Shown: piece by piece, positions 12,973 to 25,961 of the stretch | Position numbering within the stretch: position 1 is the first letter of the stretch | Layout of the letters: the number at the start of each line of letters is the position of its first letter | Assembly (NCBI RefSeq): GCF_009834535.1 | Contig: NC_045696.1 | Span: 104,038,001 to 104,102,000, forward strand | Reading direction: 5' to 3' | Source: Camelus ferus | Lineage: Eukaryota | Length of the DNA stretch: 64,000 bases | Notes under the pieces: generated by a model | Told to the model about the DNA's origin: nothing | Databases searched by the model: none | The model's input: the letters and a program-made list of their open reading frames with translations, nothing else | Program-made: the position numbers and the translations under genes

Positions 12973-15900
12973 CTCTAACCCCCATTCATCTTCCAGGTGT
13001 ATTTTCAGCACACTCTCCAGTTTGCAGGTCCCTGAATCTATCAGGCTGCTTTATACCCTGAGCCTGTCCCTGCCACATGCCATTTCTCTGTCTGCAACAC
13101 ACTCCCTCTTCCTCTCATCCTCCAAGACAGCTTAAGCGCTACTCCATCGCCGAGAAGCTGTTGTCTAAATTCCAAAGTTATAGTGCATCTACCTTCTGAG
13201 TTCTTCTGCTCACCCTGTCCTGCTATTATATAATAGCTGTCTTGGGGAGCTCCTGGTAGCAAGGCAATGTCCAAGCTTCCCCATGGGCCCAGGCAGAGAA
13301 AACACAGTGAATACAGACGGAATGAACAGTATACAAATGTCTGCCTGGAGGGGTCAAACATTCTATGCTATAGAAGTTCCAGCAGCTGCTGTAGCTAGCG
13401 AAGGCTTCCTGGAGGAGGAGGCAGACAGTGGCACAGAGCATACCAGCTCACACTATTGGGTCAGGCTACTGCCTGTGCCATAGAAAGCAGATACCGCAAA
13501 CCCTTAAGAGATCTTTATATGGCTTAATGGAATGTCTCCAAGACAGTATCTAAGTGTCTCTGAGAGGTCACAGCCCCCAGCTGCTGCCAGCGCTGGGATC
13601 ACCAATTGGTAGTGATTGACAGGGCAGCTGGTTGAAGAATCTCCAAGGCCCTGGGTCGGGTAGGGGAAGGGTCAGGCATTGTTGGAAGCTAAGCCTACTC
13701 TCTGCTGGCGCTGTCCAGCCATCTGGTTTGGGTCAGAGGTCTCCAGGGACAAGTTTGATTTATAGGCCGGTGCAGCCGCCTGGGCGGCATGGGCGGAGGG
13801 CACAGGGAGGCCAGGGCAGGGGTGTGGAGGGAGGAGGAGGGAAGGGCCAGGCAGGGGCCCCTCAGAGGCAGAGCAAGCACCATGTTCCTGCTCTCAGCCT
13901 CGAGGGCCTCAGGTTGCTTTTAGTAGAGGAACACCGCAAAACAAAGTATTGCAAAAGCTAAGAAGTCTTTATTGTGCACCCACTGGGTCTATGTCTTAGG
14001 CCGTTATGATCTGCAAGAGGAAAGGGATCCACGTGAGTGCCGTCCAGCCTCAGGCACTGCGCTGGGCTTTCCACGCTGACAGGTTCACTGACCTCTCTCT
14101 GCCATCCTCCAGTACGGCCATTAGTAGCTGCATTTTCCAGACGATGACACCAAAGGGAAAGCACAGAGAGGCCCCAGCCTGGAACAGGGGAGCCAGGATT
14201 CAAACCCGGGCTTTCTGCCTGACTTCAGAGCCTTTCTCTGCCCTGCAGGGCCCCCAGAGACTTCCAGAGCTCAGAGAAGGGAGAGGCAAGCAGGGCAAGA
14301 GTCTAAGGAGGAGGAGCCACAGAGAAAGACGCTGGAGGGCTGGTCGCTAAGAATGTGGTCGTGCCTTCATCTTTTCTAGGTTATAAAGCCCTGCAGACCC
14401 TCCACCCACCCAATGTTCTCCAGCAGCACAGAGCAGAGTTGTCAGTGTAGACTGAGGCCATTAAAGAGCACTTTACAAATGAGGCTGGCATCTCTCTGAG
14501 CCTTGAGAAAGGATAGCTTTAGGCAGATGAAGAAGAAGATGGCATCCAGGCAGGGGACACAGCACAGGCAAAGGTGTGGAGGTGAAATGTGCCTGGTAAG
14601 ATGCAGATGTTGGCCTGAGGACTGGGGACCAGCTCCTGAGACAGAAGTTTTAAGAAGCCGGCTCTAGTGAGGGAGGCCACATACGAGGTACGTATCCCTG
14701 GGTCTGCCCAGAGGAAGGGGTGCTGTAAGACCCTCCCTCCCCAGGGCAGAGCCAGCTGTGGCCTCCCTCCCGGCAAGAAGCTGAGAACATGGGACCAAAA
14801 GGGGCTGATATCTTTCCCATGTCCTCTGCTGGACATGTCCTGGGATCCAGAGAGGCACCACCCAGGGTTCTACTGAGGGTAGTTGGCATGGGGACAACAG
14901 TGACTGAGAAACCATGAAGCACAGTTTCCCTGGCCCTCCAAACAAGCCGGGGGAGGCCATGTAACTGGCACTACCCACTAGCTCCCTGGATAGGTAAGGG
15001 ACCCCTACTGTCCAGTGAGGGCACCTGGGGCTCAGAGGGGTTCTGTGGCTGGCCCTGGTCACACAGCTCTGCAAAACCTGGCCTTAAGCCTACACCTAGA
15101 GAAATTCAGATCTTCAGGCTGAGTGAGACTGAGCAAGGAAAGCAGATTGCATTCAGGTGTTGGAAAACCTCACTGTGATTAGAGGGAGGATACCAGGGGC
15201 AAGAAGGAGACCTTCAGGACTTTTAAACCTGGGACTCAGGCAGACGAAGGTCCAAATCCCAGATCTGATTCTGCGACCATTTGGCCTCGCACAGCCTCAG
15301 TCTCCTCATCCATGAAATGGGGATGTCAGCACAACCCACTAAAAAGGATTTAATGGAATTTCATATATTTATAAAGCACTTAGGTTTGGGGCTGGGAGAT
15401 GCTCAGTAGTTACTTTGACTTATCTTCATGGCCAGTTCTGTCAGGAACCCCACCAATTGTGTTGGTGGAACAGGTGGATCTGGAGGGGTTCAGCTCCCCT
15501 CTCTGTCTGTGGTGGGACTTCATGAAAAGTCCTGAGAGCCAGTCCTGAGCCATTAACCTATCCAGGGCCAGGTGTGTAGCAGGCAATCCATCATCCACAG
15601 TCAGCCAGAAATGTCACCTCCCAGCTAGTAATGCAGATGAAAGCCCATTTCATCGTGAAACCAGACACCAGGCTACTTCCTGCCAAATGCACCCCATACA
15701 AGAGATGCCAGCAAAGCCCCGCTCTGGCCTTTGACCTCTGCCCTTGGTTTGTTTACACACGGCGGGGCTGGGGTCAGAGCTGAGATGAGCCGTGGGTTCA
15801 GAAAATGACAACCAGACACACACGTGTGTCAGGGACAAGAAAAGTGTTGGATGACTCCCTGAGCATGAAAGGCTACCAGGTCGGGAGCAAGTAGAAAGAG

Positions 15901-16698
15901 TCAGCAGGCCCCCCGCATGGCAGCCACCGGTGCCGTTCTGTTTGACTGCAGTGGAACAGCGTGGACGGAAGCCACCTGCATGCTCAGGGCTAAGGGGACA
16001 TGGGAAGAACATGCTTACCCTTTCTCCAAAGAGCCTACTGCCCAGATGGAGAGATAGGAAAGACATCCCAGAACCTTAAAATCACCACTGAGGACAGCTT
16101 CGATTACAAGTCAGAACGAACACTCGACAGTGCCTCGTGAAGTAGTCTCTGCCACAATCCGGGCCACCATTTACAAAGGGCTCTCAAGGGTCTGGTTTTA
16201 CTTCCTCTCCATAACAACCTCTTTCTTACTCCTCCCCTATCACACACAAGGAGGTGGAGGCTCAGAGGGTTTGGGGGTGCTCCCAAGGACACCGACCTAG
16301 CAAGGGGCGCTGCTGTTCCCCCCACCTGCGCCTGGGTGTTCTGGGCTCTTGCCTTTGCAGTGCAGCTGCCGCTCCCCCCAGGAGGGCTCCTGACCCCTGC
16401 TGTCCCCCAGGCCCTCCTCCTTGGCATTCCTAGCATACCTCCTGTCTTTGTCCCCTCACTGGCTCTCCCACCCAGGGCTGTCAACATTCTCTAAGGTTTC
16501 CTGGTCATGCTGCCCACCTCTCCTTGGACGGGTATCTGTGCTGAATCTTCCTGACCCACCATCCTCCAGCTGGGTCCTGGAATAACTCAGGAAGAGCTGT
16601 CCCTCCTTGCAGCACTGGCCCCAGAAACAGCTCCAAGATGGAAACAGTGGCCTGCGACCTCCCCATTAGACCTCCCGGTCCTCCCAGTGGCTCCCAAG

Positions 16699-16908
16699 CA
16701 CCACTGTCCACTAGAGTTTGGGTGATGATGGGAATGTTCTGCGTCTGCTCTGTCCGGCATGGTAGCCACCAGCCACACATGTGGCTATGGAGTGCCTGAA
16801 TGTGGCTAGCGCAACTGAAAAACTGAATTTTTAATTTGATTGTAATTAATTTAAACTTAAATGTAAACAGCCACATGTGGCTAGTGGCTACTGTATTAGA
16901 CAGCACAG
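16699..16908 (+). mobile_element. MER3 (hAT-Charlie non-autonomous DNA transposon)
   Basis: Near full-length match to the MER3 pattern, including internal palindromes AGCCAC(AC)ATGTGGCT (twice) and ends CTGTCCA... / ...GACAGCACAG. Confidence 0.9.
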
Positions 16909-17306
16909 CCATGTGTTTGTCATCCAAAAAATCAGATGTGCGGTCTCCAGATAGGAGATGCCAAAGAACGGTGGAGACCCTTCCAGGTCATCTTGTCCAT
17001 CTCTTCCTTCCTGTGATGGAGAAACAGGGGAAGAGAGAGGGGAGGTGACTTGCCCACAGTTACACAACCTGTGGCCATGCTGGAGGGACTGAGCCAGGTT
17101 TTCTCTTTCCAGGACCTATCCCCCCTCCTCCCTCTCTTCTGAGCACTTCCTGACACCTAGTATCTATAAACCTGGGACATCACTGCTTGCCCACCTGCAC
17201 CCCTACCTACTCCAGCAGCTTTCTTCTAGACAGGCATCCCAAGCAGCTGACTTCTTGCCACTGCTGGGTTGATAGTATGATCTACTGCAACTGGGAAGCT
17301 TATAAT

Positions 17307-17312
17307 ACACAC

Positions 17313-17354
<42 letters not shown>

Positions 17355-17389
17355 CACACGCACACACACGCACGCATGCACGCACGCAC
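17307..17389. repeat. (CA)n microsatellite with CG interruptions
   Basis: Directly visible. Confidence 0.97.
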
Positions 17390-19811
17390 TCCAGGGGCCA
17401 GGAATTCCATAGATGACAGACAGCCAAAATCTGTTTTTCTCACTCTCCCTATGGGATGCTGATGAAGCTGATCACTCCAGGACTCCCCATGACTAAGGGA
17501 ACCAGCAGGTACTATCTGCACCTGAGAAGCACTGAGCCTGTCAGAGACTCTTCGGACTTTAAACCAAGACCTGGGAAAATCACGTGCCAGCTAACAGTGA
17601 GGTAGAAGTGGTTAGGGACAGGGGCAGGGCTAGGGCCATGGCGAGCTAACCCCAAAGGACACCCAAATTGTGAGGGAACAGAGAAGACACAGGAGAGGGA
17701 GGGCACACGTGGGCAGGAGGGGTCTGGGGCAGACACACAGCACAGACAGCAGTGGGGTGCCTGCCTGAGAGCATCCCGTTCCTGGACCCACTCAGTCCTC
17801 ATGCAATCTTACACTCACCCCCTTTCCTGAGGCAACCTGGGTCTCCTGGGGTCTGCACTTCCAAGGGAGCCCCAGCTGAACATCCCTCCCCTGTTCTCGG
17901 TGCCTGGTTCCTGGGTGAGCTTTGTGAGTGTCCCTGGGCTGTAACTCTAGCCCCTTACCCTATGGCAGACACCGTCAGTGAGGTTGGGATCCCACGTGGC
18001 CCTCCCAGCTAGGCCCAGACACCAGGCAGAGCTTCATCCACCTCACTGAACACTAAGGCAAACCTGCTCTTAGCTTGGGACACCCTCGTGGGTGCATTCT
18101 GAGGGAGAAACATCAACAGATAGGACAAGATTGGGAACGTGGCCATGGCTCCAATGGGGGATCAAGTCAAACGCTTCTACTCACTGACTCCAAAGCAAGG
18201 ACAACCATGTTTCTGTGGGCAGCTCTGGCCTCTCACTGCTCCCTAGTCGGGTCATAGGCCTTGGCGGAGAGAGAGATGGGGGCCCCAGGTGCCTTGTCAA
18301 GTGTGGTCCCAGGGGCCCAGGATGGGGCAGCCTGTACACGCAGGGGCTCCCAGCTCTATTTATAGAAAGCAGCTGCAGCAGAGGATGAACCAGCTCGGCA
18401 GTATTTTCCAAGCTCACGCTGTCTCGGCTTAATTTCATCCCAAGCAAATAAATCATTAAGGAGGCACCGAGTCCTGGAAGAGCTGATGAAGAAGGGCCGT
18501 TAAATGGCACAGCCTTAACTTGAATTATGGAAGGCCTCAGACAAGCAGCCTTATTAGTGTCTGGGCTCGGCCGTAACTCATGCTAACCGCCCCCTTGCCT
18601 TAACCAAGGGAAGAGACTGGGAGAAGCAGCCGGTTCCCGGGGGGCCGTAGAGACAGCCCAGCAGGCTGTCTGCTCTCCCAGCCGTTTAAACCCCCTCCTG
18701 CAAACATGCTTACTCTTTCCATTGCTTTCTCAGACGCACCCACTCCCACAGACAGGGCTGGGAACGGATGCTTTGGCTGTGTTGTATTTAAGGGTGTTCA
18801 AGTGCTGTGGCAGTGGACCTGCCGACACCAGCTTCAGGAAACCCTTCTGCTGAGCACACGAAAGCCCAGGCCTGGGACCACCCACAGAGCCAGGGAAGAC
18901 TTATTTTGGACCCCGGGCGGCGTGGAGGTGAGAGGTGTGGGCTCGAGTCTGCCGGAGCTGCCTCCCAAGCTCGAGCGGTGAGCAGGTTCTTCATCTCTCT
19001 CAGCCTCAGTCTCCCTACATGTGAAGTGGGACAGCAGTTTCTCACCCCTGGGGATTAAACAGGATAACGCACATGGGATGCTCACTGGCGTTTGTCTGGG
19101 CTGTGGAGGTTTAAATCAGATGTACGCGCAGTACTGAGCAGTGTCTGGCCTCTCATAAGTGCTCACTTGATGACTGTTTAACAAAGAGCTGCTTCTGTTT
19201 GTGGTAATCCCTTCTCAAGCAAAGTCGCCTTCAGGGGAAATTCATGGATAATGGTGCAGATTCACTTGGGTATACCTCGCTGGCAACTCTGAGAACTTGG
19301 GTTGCCAGGACATGTCAACTGAGGCCCACAGTGGCTGGGGAAGATGAGAACACGAGGGAAGTGGGGTTGGATAGGAAAGGGCGGGGATGCAGAAGGCACA
19401 GCTGGGCGGTTGGGGTTGAGGGGAGGCACAGGACCACCCTCGCACCAGCCAGGCAGGAGGGGCGGTGGGCAGAGCCAGGCCAGGCAACACAGGGCCTTGC
19501 CAGGGGCGGGGATGCAGGCCATTTCCAACAAAGAGGTCAGCACAGACCGAGGCATGGAGTAATGAGCAGATTAGCTTGGCTGCAGGATCAGTGGGGTTAG
19601 GCGGGCGGATGGTGGGGAGGAGGAGACATGCTGTGTGTGTGTGGAGGCTTTGCCCCCTGCCCTCAATTCACTGCTTTCCCAGCAGCACCCACTCCATCGG
19701 CACCAATGCCCATTAGCAGAGTGAGAACGGCTGTGCTGTATTTAAGGGCGTTCACATGCTGTGGCAGTGGGAGCTGTTGACACTGGTTTCGGGAAACCCT
19801 TCTGCTAAACA

Positions 19812-19970
19812 GACTGCCCGATGCCTCGACAGGCTGCATCGTCAGCATCACCAGGAGCCTGGCAGAAATGCACAGTCTGGGGCCCTACCCAGACCTACTA
19901 AGTCAGAATCTGCTTTTAACAAAATCCCCATCTGACTTGAGTGCACATTAAGGTTTGAGATGTGCAGCTG
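19812..19970. mobile_element. MER5A-like hAT DNA transposon
   Basis: CAGCATCACCAGGAGCCTGGCAGAAATGCA...CCCAGACCTACTAAGTCAGAATCTGC.TTTAACAAAATCCCC...GCACATTAAGGTTTGAGA. Confidence 0.8.
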
Positions 19971-21069
19971 ACAAGTCTGTGGGGAGAGTCCCAGCAGCAC
20001 CATACCCAGTCCACAAGTCTGAGAAGTCAGGGAACCTGTGCTCAGGTCAGCCAGTAGTAAATGGAGAGATCAGTCATGTCTGGTCCTCACTGTGCTGAAC
20101 CCCCTTGTTCTGTGGTCCGAGCAGGGGTAGGTCTCTGACATGTGGGAGGCACTGAGAAGCCAAGGAGAGTCTTCCTATGTGTGGAAGTGGGGGTGGGGAG
20201 CACCTATTCTACACTCCGCCCAAGCTCCTAGGTCCTCTCCACCCCTACCCATCATTCTCCAAAACTACTATGTCCTCCTTCACCTATGGTGGGTTTTTCA
20301 ATACAGACTCATAAACTGCACTGAATTCTCACTCTCTTGTTTCTGGCAAGGTACACTCTCAAGGGGGAATTGGAGGCCCAGGTTTTAGTTCTGGTTCCGC
20401 TGCTAATTAGCAGATAACCTTGGGCAAGTCCTCCCAGCTCTCTGGTCCATTCAGCTCCCACCTGTAAAATGTGAGTGTTGCACAGGCTGCCAATGGCACG
20501 TTCCAGCCCAGATGCCCCAAGCCTCCCTTTATCCTCCACCACTCCCTGAAAGGTGGAGCCCGGCCACCTCTTACCCCTTCCCTTTTGTCCAAGGTCCAGC
20601 AGCGGCCAGCCCACAGCCAGGCCTAGTCACCATCTGCTGAGAGGCAGATGCTGCCCCTCAGTCCCAGCACCTCACAGCTCACCCCTGCTGAACACATACG
20701 TGGGCACAGATGGTGAGGACACCACCTGTTTGGACATCCTTGCTGAACACATGCTCACCTGGCAAGTCATCGCTGGGAGCTACAAAGCGTTTGAACCAGA
20801 TATGTAGCTGGAAACCTTTAAAACTGCTCACAGGGAAGGCTGAGCACTCCCAGCTCATTTTTGACAAACACACAGTGGCCTCTGAATCTCAGGTGGCATT
20901 TCCATCATGTATCTCAAAGAGACAAGAGTCAAAAACCTCCCCAAGCCAATGTATTCCCTTGTGTGGAATGCAGAGTTCACAAGGCAGACCCAAACTTAAT
21001 AATGATTATTTCCACATTTAACAATGCTAAGTCATTTTACCAACCTAGGGGAGCTGTAATAGTCAGAAC

Positions 21070-21285
21070 CGGCAATTTCGAAACCTACCTTTCTTAGTAC
21101 CTACTGTGTGCCAGGCACTAACCTAGTCACTTTCTATCTATTGTCCACAATCCTGATGCCTCGTGGCAAAGTAAATGTCAGTTACTGTCACAGATGAGGG
21201 AACTGAGACTCAGGGGTGAAGAGACTCGCTCAGGGTCACAGCTAATTAGCGGCCACGTCAGGACAGAGTCCTGGGCTGGGAGACT
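21070..21285 (-). mobile_element. MIR SINE
   Basis: TACCTACTGTGTGCCAGGCACT...ACAGATGAGGGAACTGAGACTCAG..GGTCACAGCTA. Confidence 0.75.
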
Positions 21286-24064
21286 CCTATGAAAGATGGC
21301 AGCAACCCCGCAGTGGCCCACGGTGACGCTTGTCCCAAAGAGGCCTGCATTTTAAACCTCCTTTCTGCAAGCAGGACTTCCTGGATTGAACCTACTTGTG
21401 ACTGTGCTAAATGTGAAAAAAAAAAAAAAAAGCCCCTCAAAATAGGGCCATAGCGTCTGGCCAAAACTCTTTTTCAACTGAAAGTCTGTTCCTTTTTGTG
21501 GAAAACAAAGGGTAGGGCCAGTTTCTGAGCGCAGAGATCTGAATTGGATGGCTGGGCCATCATGCAGCCTCCACTCAGCCTGGGTGTAGGGACACATGTG
21601 CTGTGCCCAGCACATAATGAGGGGAGGAAATGGGTCACTCTGGGGTCAGGCTTCAAGGCGGGGGTGCTCAGAGCCAGCCCCACCTGTTCCAGCCAACTGT
21701 GACCCCAGTCCCGCTGCAGTGGAGAAAATCAAAGCTGAGGAGGTGGTGGCAGGTCGCACATTAACATGCACTTACTGAGCACGTACTATGTACTCCGCTA
21801 GGAGGGTGGCTGAGAAGGCTAAGGTGCAGTCCCCACCAGCAGTAACAAGACGGCAAAGTACACTCTTAATGCACCTGCTCTGTGCAACTAAGGGGCCCAG
21901 GGGTCTCGCCGTGCTGACACAACACCCCACGTAAGGACTGACTGAACTATACAACTCAAATGATCGTAGTCCAACGATGAGTTTGACGCCTTCTCAATAG
22001 CAAATTAATGTGTATTTTAAATCAGAAATCAAATCATTCACAAGCACTGCTCAGGTGCCCAAGATGAGCTCAGCCCTGGGCACCACACAGTCATTAGTAC
22101 AGGACAAGCACAGTAATACCAGCAGCTCCCCTCCACCATGCACCTGCCGTGAGCCGCAGGCTGGACCGTGTGGCACTTCTGCATCTACCTTAATACTCAC
22201 AGCAACTCTACGAGGTACATATAATCCCACTGCACAGATGGGAAAACTAAGGCTTGAGGATGTCAATTAGCCAGAAGGGGGCAGAAATAAAATTCAAATC
22301 AGGATTGGAAGTTTATTCTCAAAGATTGGAAACTACCTAACTGTCCAAAAATTAAAGTCTGAGTGATCAAATTACGATACAGCCATACCATGGAAACCCA
22401 CACAGCTGTTAATAGGGAATGAGGCAGCTCTACATTAATCAAGCTAAACAATCACCAAGACCTATTAAGGGGGAAGAGAGACTGATAATGGCAGCTGCCA
22501 GCAAGAAGAGATGCTGGGGAGCTACGGGGTGGGGCTATTTCACCAGACATGCTCTTGTGGTGGTTAAATTTGTTGCCATGTGCACCATTTACCTTTCAGA
22601 AGTAAATACATACATATTTTTAAGTCCCTAGTCTGCCCACTTCCCCACACATACATGCCCCCTGGATGACCATCAGTGCCCTGAGGCACCTCATATCCAC
22701 CTGGGGAAGGAAAGCATACACATGGGGAAGGTGAGCAACTGGGGCGAATGCGGGGAGGACTGAGCACTGAGTTGTGCAGTGCAGGGGACAGAGCCCTGGG
22801 CTGAGGGCTGGGGTAAGCTGGAGTCAGGGCAGAATGACAGGGCGAAAGGGAGACCAGGTCTAGACCTGGGTCAGCGGGGAAGAGGAGCCAAGGCCAGGTG
22901 TCAGGGAGGCTGGGAGGTCGTGCCACCCGGGGGAAACACGGGAGCTGAGCAGGAAGGTCATGGGTGCGGTGTGCACAGCTCTGGCAAGGGGACGATGTCC
23001 TTGCAGTCATCCTGGTAGAAAACTCTCTCTGGCCTTCATCAATACCAGAAGCCTTGGCTGGCCGCCAGCCTCCTCTGCTGAGCTGTTGCGCCAATAAATA
23101 CTTGTTGGCAGATCAATTAAACCATCTAGGAATGAGGTCTGGAACTAGTTTCCCTGGCTTGAATCAGGTGGACAAGCCCTCCCTGACTGGTAAGCCCGAG
23201 ATCCTAGGGTTCCCCCTCCTCACCCCTCAGAAAGTCAACCCTGGGCTCCAACACCTGCTCCTTGGAATCAGTGGGCAGAATGGAGGCAGGGCTGACCCAG
23301 GCAGCAGGAGGCAGGGCACAGGCGTGGTCATGACCTGGGTTTAAGCACAGCTCTGCCAGCGGCTAGCTGTGCAGCTCCTTTACCTCTCCAAGACTGTTTC
23401 CTCATCTATGAGATGGGGATAATATTGATAACATTGCCTCGAGGTTTACTGTGTGGACTAAAAAATACAAAATGAGTAAAACATTTGGCCCAGGGCATAG
23501 AATATGGGTGGTACCACCCCCCCAAAAAACCCACCTAATTATTATGACCCCCAAATCAAGGCTGATCCCCTTCCTGTGTCACTCTTGTACTACTGACCAC
23601 CCAAGAACTCCAAGACAGAAGACAAAGCCATTCTGTCAGCCCTCCTGGATGCCCGCATGTGGAAGGAGGAGCTGGGGACTGGGGAGTAATTCCGGAAACC
23701 AGCCCAGAGCAGATTCCAAAGCCCTGGCCCACTCCAGGGGCGACCCTCCCAGCAGTTGGGACATTTTCAGTGACATTCTGTCGTTAGTGAACAAAGCATG
23801 CCTGATTCACGGCCACCGCTGGGACTGTCTTTATGCAACTAGCTTTTCAGAACACCCCACGGAGTTCTGTGCTTAGCCAACAGCTCTGAGGGCTGGAGGT
23901 GAAGCCGGTGGGAGGGATAGCATCTCGGCTTCCCTCAAACTCACCGTCGAAGTCGAGGGTCCAGTCCTTTGCTGAGTGGCCACCCAGCCGGGTGGAGCAG
24001 CCTCTCCTGTTCCTTCTCTTTCTACCTCGGCAGTAAACATCTCCACAGGGGGCCCACTGGGCCA

Positions 24065-24300
24065 GTCTGCCTCAGTTTGGATCCCTGTTCCTCCAGTTAC
24101 TAGCTGTGTGACCTTGAACAACTTTCTCATGAGCTCTCTGTGCTTCAATTTCTTCATTGGAAAATGAAGATAACATAGGTGTTAGTCAGAGAGTTTTTAC
24201 AAGGATTAAATGAACTAAAATTTGTGAAGTGCTCAGAATTGAACCCAGCACAGACAAGCACAAGGTTAGTGTTACGTACTGGTGGTGGTGTTACTGTTGT
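24065..24300 (+). mobile_element. MIR SINE
   Basis: TTACTAGCTGTGTGACCTTGAACAAC..CTCTCTGTGCTTCAATTTCTTCATTGGAAAATG..GGATTAAATGA. Confidence 0.8.
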
Positions 24301-25933
24301 TATGATTTGGGCCCCGGATCCCGGACCCCGGACCCCGCCATCGGAGCCAGCCTGCCTGTTTGCCCGGCCTCGGTGCTGAGCTTCTCAGCTCACTCAGATG
24401 GCAGAGCCCCTGGGTGGCCTACAGCTCTTTACAGCAAAGCCGCAGAGAGGTTACGCTCTCTCACTCCATGGTGTAGCTGAAGAACGCAATTATAGTAGGA
24501 AAATGCACTTCCAGAAGCTCTTTTCCTTCACAAAAACATGCTTCAGAGTTAAATGCAGCTAGCCCTTTCTAAGTCTTGCTTTTACAGTCAGAAAAATTCA
24601 AATACTGAGAAAGTGATATCCATTAACTTCTTTCCTTCATATTTGAGGAGAAGCTTCAGGCCACTCTTGTTTTGATCCATGGGTGAATCCCAGGACCTGG
24701 CCGAGCTCCCCAAGTTAATCAAAGCAGTGAGCACCAGTTACTGTGTGTGGGTCTGCTCTGTGCTGGCGAGCTTTATCATGCCCGTTTTACAGAGGAGAAT
24801 ACTGAGATCCAGAGAGAGGAGGTAATCATTGTCCGTGGCCTCCTGGTGAGTACAGGGGCCAGACTCTACCTGTCTGTTCTCTCCCCCAGGATCTCGCGGG
24901 GAAGCAACCCCAGAGAGTGGCCCCACCTTTCTGCTCCAGGGTCTGTCTGTATGTAATCTTGGTTCCCTATGCCCCTAGGGATGGGGGATGAATGTGGGAA
25001 CCTGCCTTCATGTCCACAACCAATGTTGGCTCAGAATTCTTCTCGTGCACAGAACTCCACCTTGGGTCACTCTCCCTGCGCAGGGACTCCCTAGGGCCAA
25101 ACTCTTCCTGGTGTCCAAGGATCCACTGGACTTCAGCCCAGATCACCAGCTACAGGCATCAGGCATCACCCAGTCCCTTCCTAACCAGCTCAGGTCAGAC
25201 TCCACTGCAGCCTGTCTTTTGGCCCACTCTGTAGTCAGAACTTGTACCACTGACCATAGGCCTTTCAAAGCCCAGAAAAGCCCTTTCTGCAATCACACCC
25301 TGTCCAAGATAGAGAACGCTACTCCTATCTGGAGAAGGGGCCAGCACCACAGCACTCAAGCTGATCCAGTCACCAATGGGAGATGCCACAGGCTTGCATC
25401 ACATGACATCCTGGCCCTCCCTTGCCTCCTGGATGGGCATTCTATCTTTGGCCAAACTGAAAAGATCACTGCCAACTAGGGGAGGATGGAACGTTCCAAG
25501 TTTGTCTCATCAAGCTTCTCCAGCCACCTGAAGGGCCCAAGAGCTCAAAGTTCTCTCAACACGACTGTCCTTTCCCAGCCAGCCTCTACCCTCAGCAGTA
25601 CACAGAACAGAACACCATGGCTTGACTTCTCTTGATCCCAACACGTGTAGGGGAGCCACTGGCTGCAACCTTGTTAGCACCTTAGCCTTGTACCCAGAAA
25701 CCAAGCAACAGATAATACCCAAGTGTGAATCAATACCCAAGAGTAAGCCCACCTTGGGGACCTAACTATTGGCTCAGGTAGTTCCACTGGGCATCACTGT
25801 CAGCCTTTATCCCAGCTACCATATTATTGGTGCCACCACACAAGATCTCACAGCGATGAAAGGGACCCAACACTGCCCCATTTTACAGGTGAGTAAAACA
25901 AGTCCTAAGGTGTTAGAGTGATTCACCAAAGAC

Positions 25934-25961
25934 AAAAAAAAAAAAAAAAAAAAAAAAAAAA
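25934..25961. repeat. Poly(A) run
   Basis: Directly visible mononucleotide tract. Confidence 0.9.

Noticed and set aside
24321..24346. (CCCCGGA)-like triple repeat
   Set aside because: Too short to interpret; likely local slippage.
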